Assembly: GCA_951406725.2 (NCBI GenBank)
Contig: OX597816.1
Span: 164,114,001 to 164,178,000, forward strand
Length of the DNA: 64,000 nucleotides
From: Octopus vulgaris
Taxonomy: Eukaryota
Direction: 5' to 3'
The translations under genes were made by a program, and so were the position numbers. Positions 1 through 12,625 of this stretch are shown here, piece after piece; positions within the stretch are counted from its first letter, which is position 1, and the number at the start of each line of letters is the position of its first letter. The notes below the pieces were generated by a model. That model was not told the origin of the DNA and searched no databases. It worked only from the letters and a program-made list of their open reading frames with translations.

Positions 1-115
1 CAGCCACTCCTATGCAGATTCCGTCTACGAAATTCATTCATTAAGCACAGGTGGTTCTAGGGCATTAGCAAAAGATACTTACCCAAGGTGCCACGTAGTG
101 GAAAAAACCCACACA
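1..115 (-). mobile_element. SINE family C fragment (degenerate)
   Basis: ccgtctacgaaattcattca...gatacttacccaaggtgccacgtagtgg matches the family C body at 7560-7680. Confidence 0.65.
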
Positions 116-407
116 GTTGCCGGCATTGGCGCACGAACAATGACATATGTAGAGCTATTGTGAGAGCCATTGCATTAACTGACGGTTTGTATGTGTGTGT
201 CTTTAGTATAGATTGCAATATGTGTAACAAAGTATTTGTTATGATGTGGGCAAACAAAGGTAAGATTGTTCGCAGCTTCTACTTCAGCAACTCGAATAAT
301 CATGACAGCATTCACTCTGTGTTCGGTTGACCTGATTCAGTTGTATATAATAGGGTTTAAACACACACACACATCTGTATGTGCATGTGTGTGTGTGTGT
401 GTATATA

Positions 408-460
<53 letters not shown>

Positions 461-521
461 ATATGTATATATATATATATATATGTATGTATAAATATGT
501 GCATATATGTATGTGTACATG

Positions 522-560
<39 letters not shown>

Positions 561-799
561 GTATGTGCATTTATATATATGTATATGAATTCATATACAT
601 GTATATATATATATATATATGTGTGTACATACGTATTGTATAATATATGCAACATCCTACATGTATTTTTACTTTTTTTAAAATTCTCTTATTTCCCTTT
701 ATACTTCCTATATCAATCCCAAATCGCTATCTCCAAAACCTTTCTTTAGTTCTCTGTTTATTTCATCGTGTTCCTTTCTGAAAGAAGCCCGTCGTATAT

Positions 800-846
<47 letters not shown>

Positions 847-1170
847 ACGAGCTTGTTTCATTTCCGTCCACCAACTCCACTCAAAAGGCTTTGAGAAGAT
901 GGATTGAATATATTTTATTACTATCACTGCGATTGCTGATGTCTCGAAACAATTGTGCTATATAATAAAGTATGTTCAGACCGTCTTCTCTTAATAAATA
1001 GTTTTGAATAAACTCCACGGATATTCAAAGTTTTCCACTTGTGTGTTCAGTGACAGAAGTTTCACTGTATATATTAGCATTCGGTACCCGATACCCAGAG
1101 GAGATTTAGAAAGCGCTGTATAGAATTCTTTCAGCCACATTATTTTAAAATTACATACAAACATTTGATA

Positions 1171-1239
<69 letters not shown>

Positions 1240-1432
1240 ACGCACATGCATTGAACGTGATCTAGTTATTCTGTCCCATTTAACGCTATTAATTCGCGCT
1301 AGGTCAGGCAGTACTTTCTGCATGCTTGCAATGGTTACATAATTTACATAACACGCTCGCATATTCAAATACGGCTAAACGGTTTTGTATAAATACGTGT
1401 GTATATATACATGTATCTCTCCCTCCTTCTCT

Positions 1433-1488
<56 letters not shown>

Positions 1489-1580
1489 CATATGTATATA
1501 CGCACCAACACACACATTTGTTTAAGAATGATAAATTTGAACAAACACATTTGTATGAGGGCATGATTTTGTATGTGACG

Positions 1581-1670
<90 letters not shown>

Positions 1671-2041
1671 TAGTGATCTCACACGGTGAAAGTGATTATG
1701 TAAATTTCTTAAACCCACTTCAGTCTTGCTACAACTTTCAAAAAAAAAAAAAAAAAACCGTTGTGTGGGCGTGTCGGAGTTAAAGTCTTAAAAATATATT
1801 TCATATCTTGACGTTTCTGGGCTCAAATCCCAATATCATCTTCTTACCTCTTTTTACTTTTCATTTTTTTTCCCTCCTTTTTTTAAATCCAAGCCCCTCT
1901 CCTCTATATTTTGCCACATACCCTCAAATCTGTTATATTTCTGTCTACCCTACCTTCTGCTCCACTTCGTTATACGACCTCACTTTAGGGTATCTACTCT
2001 CACTCTGCGTAGTGTACCTATATCTTCCCTGTGGCGAAGAT

Positions 2042-2458
2042 AAGGTGGCGAGCTGGCAGAAACGTTAGCACGGCGGGCGAAATGCTTAGCGGGATTTCGT
2101 CTGCCGCTACGTTCTGAGTTCAAATCCCGTCGAGGTCAACTTTGCCTTTCATCCTTTCGGGGTCGATTAGATAAGTACCAGTTACGCTCTGGGATCGATA
2201 TAATCGACTTAATCAGTTTGTCTGTCTTTGTCTGTCCTCTCTGTGTTTAGCCCCTCGTGGGTAGTAAAGAAATAGGTATTTCGTCTGCCGTTACGTTCTG
2301 AGCTCAAATTCCGCCGAGGTCGACCTTGCCTTTCATCCTTTCGAGGTCGATAAATTAAGTACCAGTTACGCCCTGGGGGTCTATGTAATCGACTTAATCC
2401 ATTTGTCTATCCTTGTTTGTCCCCTCTGTGTTTAGCCCCTTGTGGGCAATAAAGAAAA
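2042..2458 (+). mobile_element. tRNA-derived SINE family A: full monomer plus head-less tandem second unit, with probable 14-bp TSD
   Basis: Head aaggtggcgagctggcagaaacgttagc (A-box-like) and gagttcaaatcc (B box); body gcctttcatcctttcggggtcgat...aagtaccag; second unit restarts at ggtatttcgtctg (~2275). ctatatcttccctg occurs at 2018-2031 and 2459-2472. Confidence 0.9.
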
Positions 2459-2489
2459 CTATATCTTCCCTGATACAGTGACTTACTGG

Positions 2490-2572
2490 AGGACACAACG
2501 CGCCGTCAGGAATCGAACTCACATCCTTACGATCGTGAGTTGAATACCCTAACCACTAAGTCATTGCCTTCG
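2490..2572 (-). mobile_element. SINE family B-like tRNA head (degenerate)
   Basis: Reverse complement gives ggcaatgacttagtggttagggtattcaactcacgatcgtaaggatgtgagttcgattcc...gcgttgtgtcc, similar to the family B head. Confidence 0.7.
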
Positions 2573-3269
2573 CAACCAACTCTTACAGTACCAATACTGT
2601 CACCTCTACTACTACTACGGCAGACACTACTCTCAAACCAAACCAACACCGCTGTTATTATCACCACGACGACGACCACCACAAACGACAACACCACCAC
2701 CACCACCACCACCGCCGCCACCACCGTCAGCACAACCACTGCTACTGTCATTACCGCCAAACAGTGCAGTCTTCACTATCCTTACTACCATCACCATAGC
2801 AACGAACGACACACAAACGTCACCTCCCACCACCACCACCACCACCACCACCACCATGCTCTCCCCGAAACCCGCCATTTATTTCTTTGCAAGATTTTAC
2901 ATCCGACTTACCCCCACTTCCCGCGCTTTCCTTTTGCTCTCTCTATCTCTCCGCCCCCCCAAACTCAACTCACTCTCACACACACACACTACACCCCCTC
3001 ACACCCTACCTCACTTCTACAACCTATCCTTCCACCTCCCTCCCTCTTCTATCACAACTCCTTCCCTCCCCTCTCCCCCCCCTATATTATGATGTCAAAG
3101 ACTTCAGAACTGCTAGTTTAAATCTAGTTACGACTTTAGCTTCCTAAAGTCGTCAGTGTTCGGGGATTTCCGTAATCCGTATTTCCGTCTTTCTTTAACG
3201 ACGCTGAGATTTTCTGCTTTTAATCTTACTTATTTCGCCTTTGCTTCGTTTTTAGTGATGAGATTAAGA

Positions 3270-3725
3270 GATGGTGGTGGTGGTGGTGGTGGTGGTGGTG
3301 GCGGCGGCGGTGATGGTGGTGGTGGTGGTGGTGATGATGATGGTGGTGCTTAAGGCGACGGTGGTGACAGCGATGGTGGTGGTAGTAGCAATAGTGGTGG
3401 TGGTGGTAGTGAAGACGTCGGTGGTGGCAGCGATGGTGGTAGTGGTAGCTATGGTTGTGGTGGTGGTGGTGTTCGTAGTGATAGTAGGAGAGGCGACGCT
3501 GGTGGTGGTGGTGGTGGTGGTGGTGGTGGTGGTGGTGGTGATGCTGGAGGCGACGGTGGTCTTAGCGATGGTAGTGGTGGTGGTGGTTGTGGTTGCGATG
3601 GCGACGGTGATCGTCGTGATGTCTGTTATGGTAGTGGTAGCCATTGTCGTTATGTAATAGTTGTGGTACTGGCTGTGCGCGTGTTGGAGTGCTAGTGCTG
3701 GTGGTGGTGGTGGTGGTGGTGGTGG
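3270..3725. repeat. Degenerate (GGT/GAT)n trinucleotide tract
   Basis: Direct reading; source of the poly-Val/poly-Thr ORFs. Confidence 0.95.
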
Positions 3726-3972
3726 ATGTAGACCACCTGTGAATCTGACCAAACAGACCTTTACAACGAAACACTGCATGTTCTGTCCCCTGCCACTCAA
3801 CCTTAGCCGCTCAAAAGACCTCCACGAAGTTCCGTTAAAACGTAAAGAACTGCGCAGAAAACTGGGAAGCGGTTGTATAAGCATATGTTTCGAAATCGAA
3901 TCAAGAAGCATCTACCAAGCAGATGTCTGCAAAAAGACCTTCCGCCCCAAGATCGTCCTGTCGTTTTTAAGC

Positions 3973-4012
<40 letters not shown>

Positions 4013-4183
4013 CACGATAAGGTGGTGGTGTGTTGTCAACTTAATGTGACAGTCCCATGAAAGGGAAGAATACTACTGCTATTTAGCCCTGGGAAGCACC
4101 GCTTCCTGTTGGCCTTGACACATTTCCTGTGTCCTTATGTTTACGAAGGGGGAGATAAGTACCACCACCCAGCAAAGCCAGCA

Positions 4184-4223
4184 TTCAGAGACTAGTTTCT
4201 GAGTCATTGCTCATCAGTCTGAA
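4184..4223 (-). ncRNA. Minimal type-I hammerhead ribozyme motif (canonical core)
   Basis: Minus strand reads TTCAGA-CTGATGA-gcaatgactca-GAAA-CTAG-TC-TCTGAA: 6-bp stem I, CUGAUGA and GAAA core, palindromic stem III (ACUAGU), GUC cleavage triplet. Stem II is weak. Confidence 0.75.
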
Positions 4224-4284
4224 GTAGCAGTGAATGTATGTATGTATGTATGTATGTATGTATGTATGTATGTATGTGACCTCG

Positions 4285-4485
4285 TGAGCACCGCCAGCAA
4301 TTTTTTTTCCCTCTGACTTCCCTTCTCGGGATCTTTCCTTCTTCTTTGTTTCCGATGAAGAGCCCCGCTCGAAACGTTAAACCCTCCTTCTTCCCTTCTT
4401 TCCTGAGCGCGTAACAATAATACTTTATTTGTTCCACGTCTTCGCGTTGCTGTGTTTTTTTGTGTTTTCTTGTTTGGATTAACTA
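4285..4485 (+). mobile_element. Penelope-like (PLE) terminal-repeat fragment with hammerhead-like motif at 4348-4382, ending in (TA)n
   Basis: GTTT-CCGATGA-A-GAGC-ccc-GCTC-GAAA-CGT-T-AAAC, followed by ttcctgagcg...taatac as in the copies at 23472, 44572 and 53119. Confidence 0.65.
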
Positions 4486-4546
4486 TATATTATATATATA
4501 TATATATATTATATATATATATATATATATGTACGACTGTTTCTTG

Positions 4547-4593
<47 letters not shown>

Positions 4594-4594
<1 letters not shown>

Positions 4595-4682
4595 ATTTGA
4601 ACTCAGAACGTAGCGGCAGACGAAGTGCCGCTAAGCATTTCGCTCGTCGGACGTGATAACGTTTCTGCCAGCTTGCCGCCTT
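4594..4682 (-). mobile_element. SINE family A head
   Basis: atttgaactcagaacgtagcggcagacgaagtgccgctaagcatttcg...tgccagcttgccgcctt is the reverse complement of the family A 5' end. Confidence 0.85.
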
Positions 4683-4686
4683 AATG

Positions 4687-4740
<54 letters not shown>

Positions 4741-5274
4741 GTGATAACGATAGTAATAACAATGATAATAATGATAACAATAATGATAATAATAATAAGA
4801 TGAATAAAGCAATAACTATGAAAGCATTCTCTGATGAAGATACATGCCTAACTCAATGGCATATTTCTTCTTTGTGTCCCGTCCCCCACCAACCCCCCGC
4901 GCGGCCACATCAACAAACTTTAATCATACAACATTTGATATAAAAAAAAAATTCCTTGTTGAGAAACATGACCAATTTTTACTCGACGGAACCACAGACT
5001 CTCAAAAATTGCCTTCGAGTAACTCGGAAACCTCCACTCCCACCCCCCACTCCACCGCTAAGGGGGAAGTAGTGGGCGTGGCCAATTCTAAGACGACGAA
5101 GAGGGTTATTTTTTATGTATTATTATTGTTTTTTTTTAAATTTTTGTTATGTGTGTACAGAACAACGACGCTTGAAGGTGAAAGAAAGGGACTGAATTTC
5201 CGAAAACTTTTTCATCACGCTCCATCTCTCCCTCCTACAATCTCACTTCCCTTTTTTTTTTTTTTCTACCACTT

Positions 5275-5317
<43 letters not shown>

Positions 5318-5849
5318 CTAATTCTATGTCTTTCTCTCCCCTTTCTTTCCCTCCGTTTGGCATTAAAGAAAAAGGCCTCATTCACTCCCTCTTGTAAAAC
5401 GCCTTGCGGCGACGCACACGGTTACGATATAACTTCCCGTGAAGCCGTTTTTTCTGGCATTATACGTTTCACAGGGCTAGGATTGCTATCCGTGCCCCTA
5501 CTGTCCCTCTCCGGAAGAAAGCCTTCTTCATTCCTCCTCCCTATCCCCTTCTCTCCCCCCTCTCTCTATCTCTCTGTCTGTCTGTCTCTCTTTCTATCTC
5601 TCGCTCGCTCTCACGTTTTTTTTTTTCTTTTGCATCACTCCAGTGTTCCATTCGATTCTGCGTGTTAACATAACACTTCTCAACGTGACAGTCCTACGGC
5701 TGCCGCTAATTAGGGCTCTGTACCACCTGGCGGTTCCCTATTTAGGGCAAGAATGGACTCGTCCGTTATGAGCTGAAATCACAACCAGGAAGTCGACATG
5801 GGACCGGTAACAAGTTATCGCCTCCTACTTCGGCCATTCCGTGCATATT

Positions 5850-6015
5850 GCACTTAGTCATACGACACGCAAACACCTTGCAGTCATCCATGTGACACGC
5901 ATTCTGCACTCAGCCATCTGACACTCAGAATCCTGAAGTCAGCCCTCTGAGCCACGTGACACTAGTCATATGACACTCAGTCATGTGACACTCAGACATC
6001 TAGTGCTCAGTCCTC
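5850..6015. repeat. Degenerate ~13-14 bp minisatellite (gacactcagtcat-like)
   Basis: Recurrent cacttagtcat, cactcagccat, gacactcagaat, gacactagtcat, gacactcagtcat, gacactcagacat. Confidence 0.6.
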
Positions 6016-6107
6016 GAACACCTTAGGCGTCCTACGGGTCCAGATAAGACACCTGAAGGTTCACGCAAGCAAAATTGGTAAATTGGGGACCCCCAATTGT
6101 AAAACAG

Positions 6108-6412
6108 TGGAGGCGCAATGGCCCAGTGGTTAGGGCACGGACTCGCGGTCGGAGGATCGCGGTTTCGATTCCCAGACGGAGGCGTTGTGTGTGTTTATTG
6201 AGCGAAAACACCTAAAAGCTCCACGAGTCTCCGGCAGGGGGTGGTGGTGACCCCTGTTGTACTATTTCGCCCCCACTTTCTCTCACTCTTTCTTCCTGTT
6301 TCTTGAGTAACACTGCGATGGACTGGCGTCCCGTCCAGCTGGGTGAACACATACGCCATAGAAACCGGGAAACAGGGCCCATGAGCCTGGCTAGGCTTGA
6401 AAAGGGCGCAGA
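6108..6412 (+). mobile_element. tRNA-derived SINE family B, tail type 1
   Basis: ggaggcgcaatggcccagtggttaggg (A box), ggtttcgattccc (B box), gcgttgtg..ttgagcgaaaacacct; tail ctgcgatggactggcgtcccgtccag...gaaaccggg...ctaggcttgaaaagggcgca. Confidence 0.9.
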
Positions 6413-7327
6413 AAAGGGATGGTAGAGACAGAAAAGGAGGGAGAGTGGAACAATGGTGGTGTTGGTGGTTGTAGTGTTGATGGTGGAAGCGGTGGAGGGG
6501 GTACTGGTTGAAGTAGTGATGATGATGATGATGACGATGAGATCCCTTAAGTTCTAGAAAACACTGAAGTTATGAAGAGAAATAATGAAGTGATGTGTTG
6601 TGGGTGGCCCTGGACGGATTAAAGCGAGAACAATTGAGATTAAACGATTATTGAGATTGCATGTCAGTTGATAATCTCTCAACTAATTGGCTTCACTCAG
6701 TCACCCTGCTAAAACACACATTGGTACCACACACGCAAACACATACACACACACGCCACAAAACCACACCACACACACACACACACACGTGGGTACGTAT
6801 GTATAGGTGTATACAAATGTGAATAAATACAGACAAAATACATGTATGTAAAGTATATGTTTATTAAATTTTTGCCAGGAGAAATTGATAGTGACTTCGA
6901 AATTTCAGCTTGCTTGCTTACGTCAGACTCTTGTATGATCATCTGTATGACTTTTTTCTTCTTCTTCGTAACGCATGTTATGCACTCAATACTGGGTTCC
7001 GTTCTTTCACCGTAGCTGTTTTGTGTATGCTAAGGCCATCATCTTCACTAACTGGATATTTGTTAACTTGTGAGATGTTTCCCTTTTATAAAGCTTCTCC
7101 GATGCAACAGGGCTCTGTAACCTTAGTTTGAGGAGTAAAGAGAGGATCGTGGTGTGTGCTGGGAGTTCTCATTCTGTGTCCAATCACAAGGATCATTTAG
7201 AAAAGGGGCCTCTGAACAGCGAGCTGCAGACTAGTACCGGGCCACACTGAAATAAAAAAAAAAAGAAATTTAAATTTCATTACTTAGCAGAGATATTTTA
7301 CATTATATCTCTTTCTCTTTTTTTTTC

Positions 7328-7705
7328 TCTCTTTTACTTGTTTCAGTCATTTGACTGCGGCCATGCTGGAGCACCGCCTTTTGTCGAGCAAATCGACCAC
7401 GGCACTTATTCTTTGTAAGCCCAGTACTTATTCTATCGGTATCTTTTGCCAAACCGCTAAGTGACGGGGACGTAAACACACCAGCATTGGTTGCCAAGCA
7501 ATGCTAGGGGGACAAACACAGACACACAAACACACACACGCATACATACATATATGCGACAGGCTTCTTTCAGTTTCCGTCTACCAAATCCACTCACAAG
7601 GCATTGGTCGGCCCGGGGCTATAGCAGAAGACACTTGCCCAAGATGCCACGCAGTGGGACTGAACCCGGAACCATGTGGTTGGTTAGCAAGCTACTTACC
7701 ACACA
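7328..7705 (-). mobile_element. SINE family C, near full length
   Basis: Minus strand: tgtggtaagtagcttgctaaccaaccacatggttccgggttcagtcccactgcgtggcatcttgggcaagtgtctt (tRNA head plus CORE-like motif), internal (TG)n, 3' end gctccagcatggccgcagtcaaatgactgaaacaagtaaaag. Confidence 0.9.
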
Positions 7706-7735
7706 TATATTATATATGCAATGTATATTTATTAT

Positions 7736-7925
7736 AAGGCGGTGGGCTGGCAGAAACGTTAGCACGCGGGGCGAAATGCTTAGCGGTATTTCGTCTGTAT
7801 TTACGTTCTGAGTTCAAATTCCGCCGAGGTCGGCTTTGCTTTCATCTTTTCGGAGTCGATAAATTAAGTACCAGTAGCGTACTGGGGTCGATAAATTAAA
7901 TACCAGGTGCGTATTGGTGTCGATC
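7736..7925 (+). mobile_element. SINE family A
   Basis: aaggcggtgggctggcagaaacgttagc...gagttcaaattccgccgaggtcg...aagtaccag. Confidence 0.9.
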
Positions 7926-8323
7926 ACCGGATGCAGTTTAATACCCAGGACAAAGATCATATCATCCATTGTTATCAAAGATGTCATTGTCTATCTAAGA
8001 TCACGTCATCCATTATATCGTTCCCCTTTTTAATAAATAAATGGTGACGTATGTGATATTTGAGGGATATTTGACTGCTGTTTCTAGCGGTTTCGATTAC
8101 CTCCTAGAAACTCAGAGACCGCCTCGTTGTTGCCTGCAAGAATTTGTTAAACTCACCAAGAAAATTACACACGCTTCAATGTGGTTGTTGCTTTAGACTA
8201 AGTCACGCCTCATTGAACAGATTTATGATCAAAGGTTTCCCAACCGTGACCACACCACCTTAGTAACAACAGCAGCAGCAGTAGCAGCAGTAGTAGCAGC
8301 AGCAGCAGCAGCAGTAGCAGCAA

Positions 8324-8373
<50 letters not shown>

Positions 8374-8625
8374 ACAGCAGAAGCAGCTGCCTGCCAGCGG
8401 TACCGGCAAGACGAGATGCGCCTCACGTCTGTTTGATAAAAGCTGTTTTCTCCAAAACGCCGTTCACTCCTCAATAAAAATCTCTTCCAAATGAAAACAA
8501 CAAAAACCTTATTTTCTAAAGGGTCCATACTTTGATCTGTAAATTTACACTCTTCTTTCAAATGCACTCAATCCTGCTTTATATACACTCGTCACTCCTA
8601 TTAAAATACCTATTTGAGACACTCA

Positions 8626-8694
<69 letters not shown>

Positions 8695-9158
8695 AAATAT
8701 GTGTGTTATTTATACGTGGACGTATGTATTTATGGGTGAAGCAGGCTACGTTTAATTCAGCAGTCATGCATGTAAATGTGAATACAACACACACACAAAT
8801 ACACACACGCACACACGCACACACACACACATACACACACATACACACACAACCACACACACACAAGTAATCGCGGAGCAACGTGAAAAGAAGTATTATC
8901 TTAAATACAACGCACCACCCGGTTCAGAAATTGAAAGCATGGTCTTGCAAGCAACACTGTAACCATTAGGCCACTCGCCCTTGATGTATGTGTGTGTGTG
9001 TGTATATAAATTACCCTGAAGTATTACGTAATAATCTTTAGTTGACTACATATGAATATATATATGCAAAGAAAAAAAATGCTCAGAGTAACTTCCAAGT
9101 TTCAGTTTTGTCGCATTTATTCGTTTGATGTGTATACATTTATACATACATACATACG

Positions 9159-9191
<33 letters not shown>

Positions 9192-9437
9192 GAATGTATG
9201 TATGTATATATGTATAAAAATATTTATGAATATATGTATGTATACATATATAAACGTATATATGAATGTATGTATATATATATATATGTATAAACATATT
9301 TATGAATATATGTATGTATACATATATAAACGTATATATGTATGTATGCATATGTAAATATGTATAAACATATGTATGAATGTATGTATGTATATATGCA
9401 TATATGTATTGTATGTATGTATATATGTATAAATGTA

Positions 9438-9535
<98 letters not shown>

Positions 9536-9603
9536 TGTATGTATATATGTATAAACGTATGTATGAATGTATGTATGTATATATGTATAAACATGTATGA
9601 ATG

Positions 9604-9674
<71 letters not shown>

Positions 9675-10760
9675 ACAGAAACATATGTATAAATGTATGC
9701 ACATATGGGTACACACATGCACACACACACACACACACACAGGTATAATATTCATGTATATTCAAAACGTAGTTATGCAAATGTGTGTGTGTATGTGCGT
9801 GCAAGTATTCATGTATACATATACTTACATATAGACTTACAGACGTATGTATATAAGCGTGCGGTCATAATCGCGCTTATACACGTGTGCGTGTGACTCT
9901 ATGACTTCAGTACGTGCGAGTGTGCGTGCCTGTGTATGCGCGAGTGTAGGACTGAATGTGCGTGCGTATGTACACGAAGCTATAGTTTACAACTAGTAAA
10001 TGTCAGGCGAAAGTATAAAATCAAGTAGCTAGAATCCTTTTCAGTAAGCTTGTTGTAACATTGATCTTTTGCCTATCGAATCCAGATGTAATCCTTGTGT
10101 TTCCCAGTGGTGCAGTAACTGTCAGCTCCGGCCAAACGGAAAAATAGCTTATTCTGTGTAAGCCAGAGAAAGTAAAATATACAAGAAACAAATCTGTTAC
10201 ATATAAAACGATCGTTAATGCAAAAGAAGGAAAGAGAGAGAGGAAAAAAAGAAAAGCGACAGTGAAGACGGCAGATGGGGCGAAGGGCAGTTAAGTTAGA
10301 CGAGAGATGAGATGAGGAATAAAGGAAAGTTAAAAGGTGGGGCGGAGTGGGGGTGTATTGACATAAAGAACAATGACATGAGGGAAGAGGGTGACGTGGG
10401 TGATATAAGGAGATAGTGATAGTGAGAGAGAGAGAGGAAGAAGAAGAAGATGAGGAGGAGGAGGAGAGTTTTGAGAGACTAGAAGAGAATGTTAGTGGAG
10501 ATATATTTAACGACAAAGTGGCGTAAAGAGAGAAATGTAAAAATTGAAGAGTTGGTGGTCGAACAGGGAAAAGATGACTAGTCGGGAATACGTGTGTGTG
10601 TGTGTGTGTGTTTATACACACACACACACACACGTATATATATACACACAAATATATATATATACATGTGTATATACATATATATAGGCGTATGTACAGA
10701 TACATATATATATATGCTCATATGTATTTATAGATATGTATACACACATATATACTTCAT

Positions 10761-10810
<50 letters not shown>

Positions 10811-10985
10811 TGTATACAAACATACAGATACGTGAGTGTGTATGAATATATACATATACATATATATATACGTAATGTGTGTGTGTGTGTGTGCGTGTGT
10901 ACATACATACATACATACATACAAACATACATGCAAATACACATACAGAACGACCAAAAGAATTGTATTCTGTGTGTGTGTATAT

Positions 10986-11024
<39 letters not shown>

Positions 11025-11656
11025 TATCCATTCACAACCCAGTTTTGGAACTGACCACTACGCTACCAGACAGAACGTTGTGGTCATAGATATTGACTAA
11101 CCGGCTGGTTAACCAGACTAATATTTGACCACAAATAATCGATCGTAGAGAGAAGACAGCAGAGGCTGATAGTGAGTACCATTCACTTTCGTGAGCCTTG
11201 ACTTTGATGTCTGCTGTACATAAATAATACTACGGCTCGGTGAGGTGTTACGTGGATGTTTGTCAGGTTAATAGTGTTCTTTAGGTGTTTTATGCGTTGC
11301 CTCATAAAGATACGTATATATATATGTATACATATATATACATAAATACAGACATACATATATATATAGAGATACCTAGAGAGAGATACAGATGTATATA
11401 CCTTCATACTCGTATATGTGTATACACACATTTATGTGCACGTATGTATGTGTGGGTGTACATTTACTTATATGTTTATACACATACACACACACACACA
11501 TATATATACATACATATGCATATATTTATATATATACATATACGTGTATATATGTATATATAAGTAATTATGTATAAATACATGTATATATACATATATA
11601 TATCTAGTTTATATACGTATATTTGTGTAATTATATGTATATAAATATATATTTAT

Positions 11657-11696
<40 letters not shown>

Positions 11697-12204
11697 GCAT
11701 CTATGGATAAATACAAATTTTCAATGGAAACTTAGAGATTCCCCGACTACTACTATCACCACTGCATCACCATCACCACCACCACAACTACCACCACTAT
11801 CACGACTACCACTACCACCGCCATCACCAACACCTCCATCACCACCACTATTATCACTGCCATTACCACCACCACCATCACCATCACCACCACCACCACC
11901 ACCACCATCACCACCACTATCACCACCACCACTACCATCATCACCATTGCCATCACCACCAGCATCTTTACCTTCACTACCACCGCCATTATTTTGTAAA
12001 ACATGAAATTCTATCTAAATTTACTTCAGAATTAATTCTTTTTAATGAGATTTCGTTTTTAATTAAGAAATTCAGATATTAAAAAAAATACTATTTAGCT
12101 AAATAAAGATGTTTCTCGTCAGAAATTTCATGATAAGAACTTAGCATTAGATTATGGTACTGTAATAAAAATATTATGTTTTTTAATACGGATTAATTAA
12201 GTTT

Positions 12205-12315
12205 TTGAGGCACATGGACTTGTGGTTACGGCGTTGGGCTCTTGATCACAAGATCGTGGGTTCACCTGCTGGGCTGGGTGGTACGTTGTGTCTTTGGGAA
12301 AAGCACTGAGTTTCA
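12205..12315 (+). mobile_element. SINE family B-like head (degenerate)
   Basis: gaggcacatggacttgtggttacggcg...gatcgtgggttcacc...cgttgtgtctttgggaaaagcact. Confidence 0.6.
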
Positions 12316-12328
12316 GTATAATTTATTT

Positions 12329-12472
12329 CAGTAATGGGCAAACTGTGGCCCGTGTGATTTTCTGAACGGCATGCCGAAACGAATTCCCATGAGATTTTTC
12401 AGCAGTGTGGCCCGTGGCCCGCTTGATGGTTTTCCATGCCTCATGCGGTCCGAAAAGGGTTGACCATGCCTG
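12329..12472. mobile_element. hAT-type MITE
   Basis: Imperfect terminal inverted repeats CAGTAATGGGCAAAC ... GGTTGACCATGCCTG, internal tggccc motifs; flanking 8-mers atttattt / ctgtattc match only partly. Confidence 0.65.
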
Positions 12473-12485
12473 CTGTATTCTATTC

Positions 12486-12625
12486 GTCGACTTTGCCTTT
12501 CATCCTTTCGGGGTCGATTAAACAAGTACCAGTTACGTACTGGAGTCGATATAATCAACTTAATACCAGTGTCTGTCTTTGTTTGTCCCCTCTATGTTTA
12601 GCCCCTTGTGGGTAGTAAAGAAATA
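12486..12625 (+). mobile_element. SINE family A 3' half
   Basis: gtcgactttgcctttcatcctttcggggtcg...tttagccccttgtgggtagtaaagaaata. Confidence 0.9.

Noticed and set aside
3730-3970. Non-repetitive open frame, possibly an exon or transposase fragment
   Set aside because: No motif I can identify with confidence and no clear splice context. The same applies to 14690-15060, 18985-19380, 37540-37750, 42800-43130, 54940-55320 and 58570-58930; BLASTX would be needed.
4844-5668. 274-aa ORF
   Set aside because: Runs through poly-T and (CT)n tracts with no recognisable domain; likely a chance open frame.
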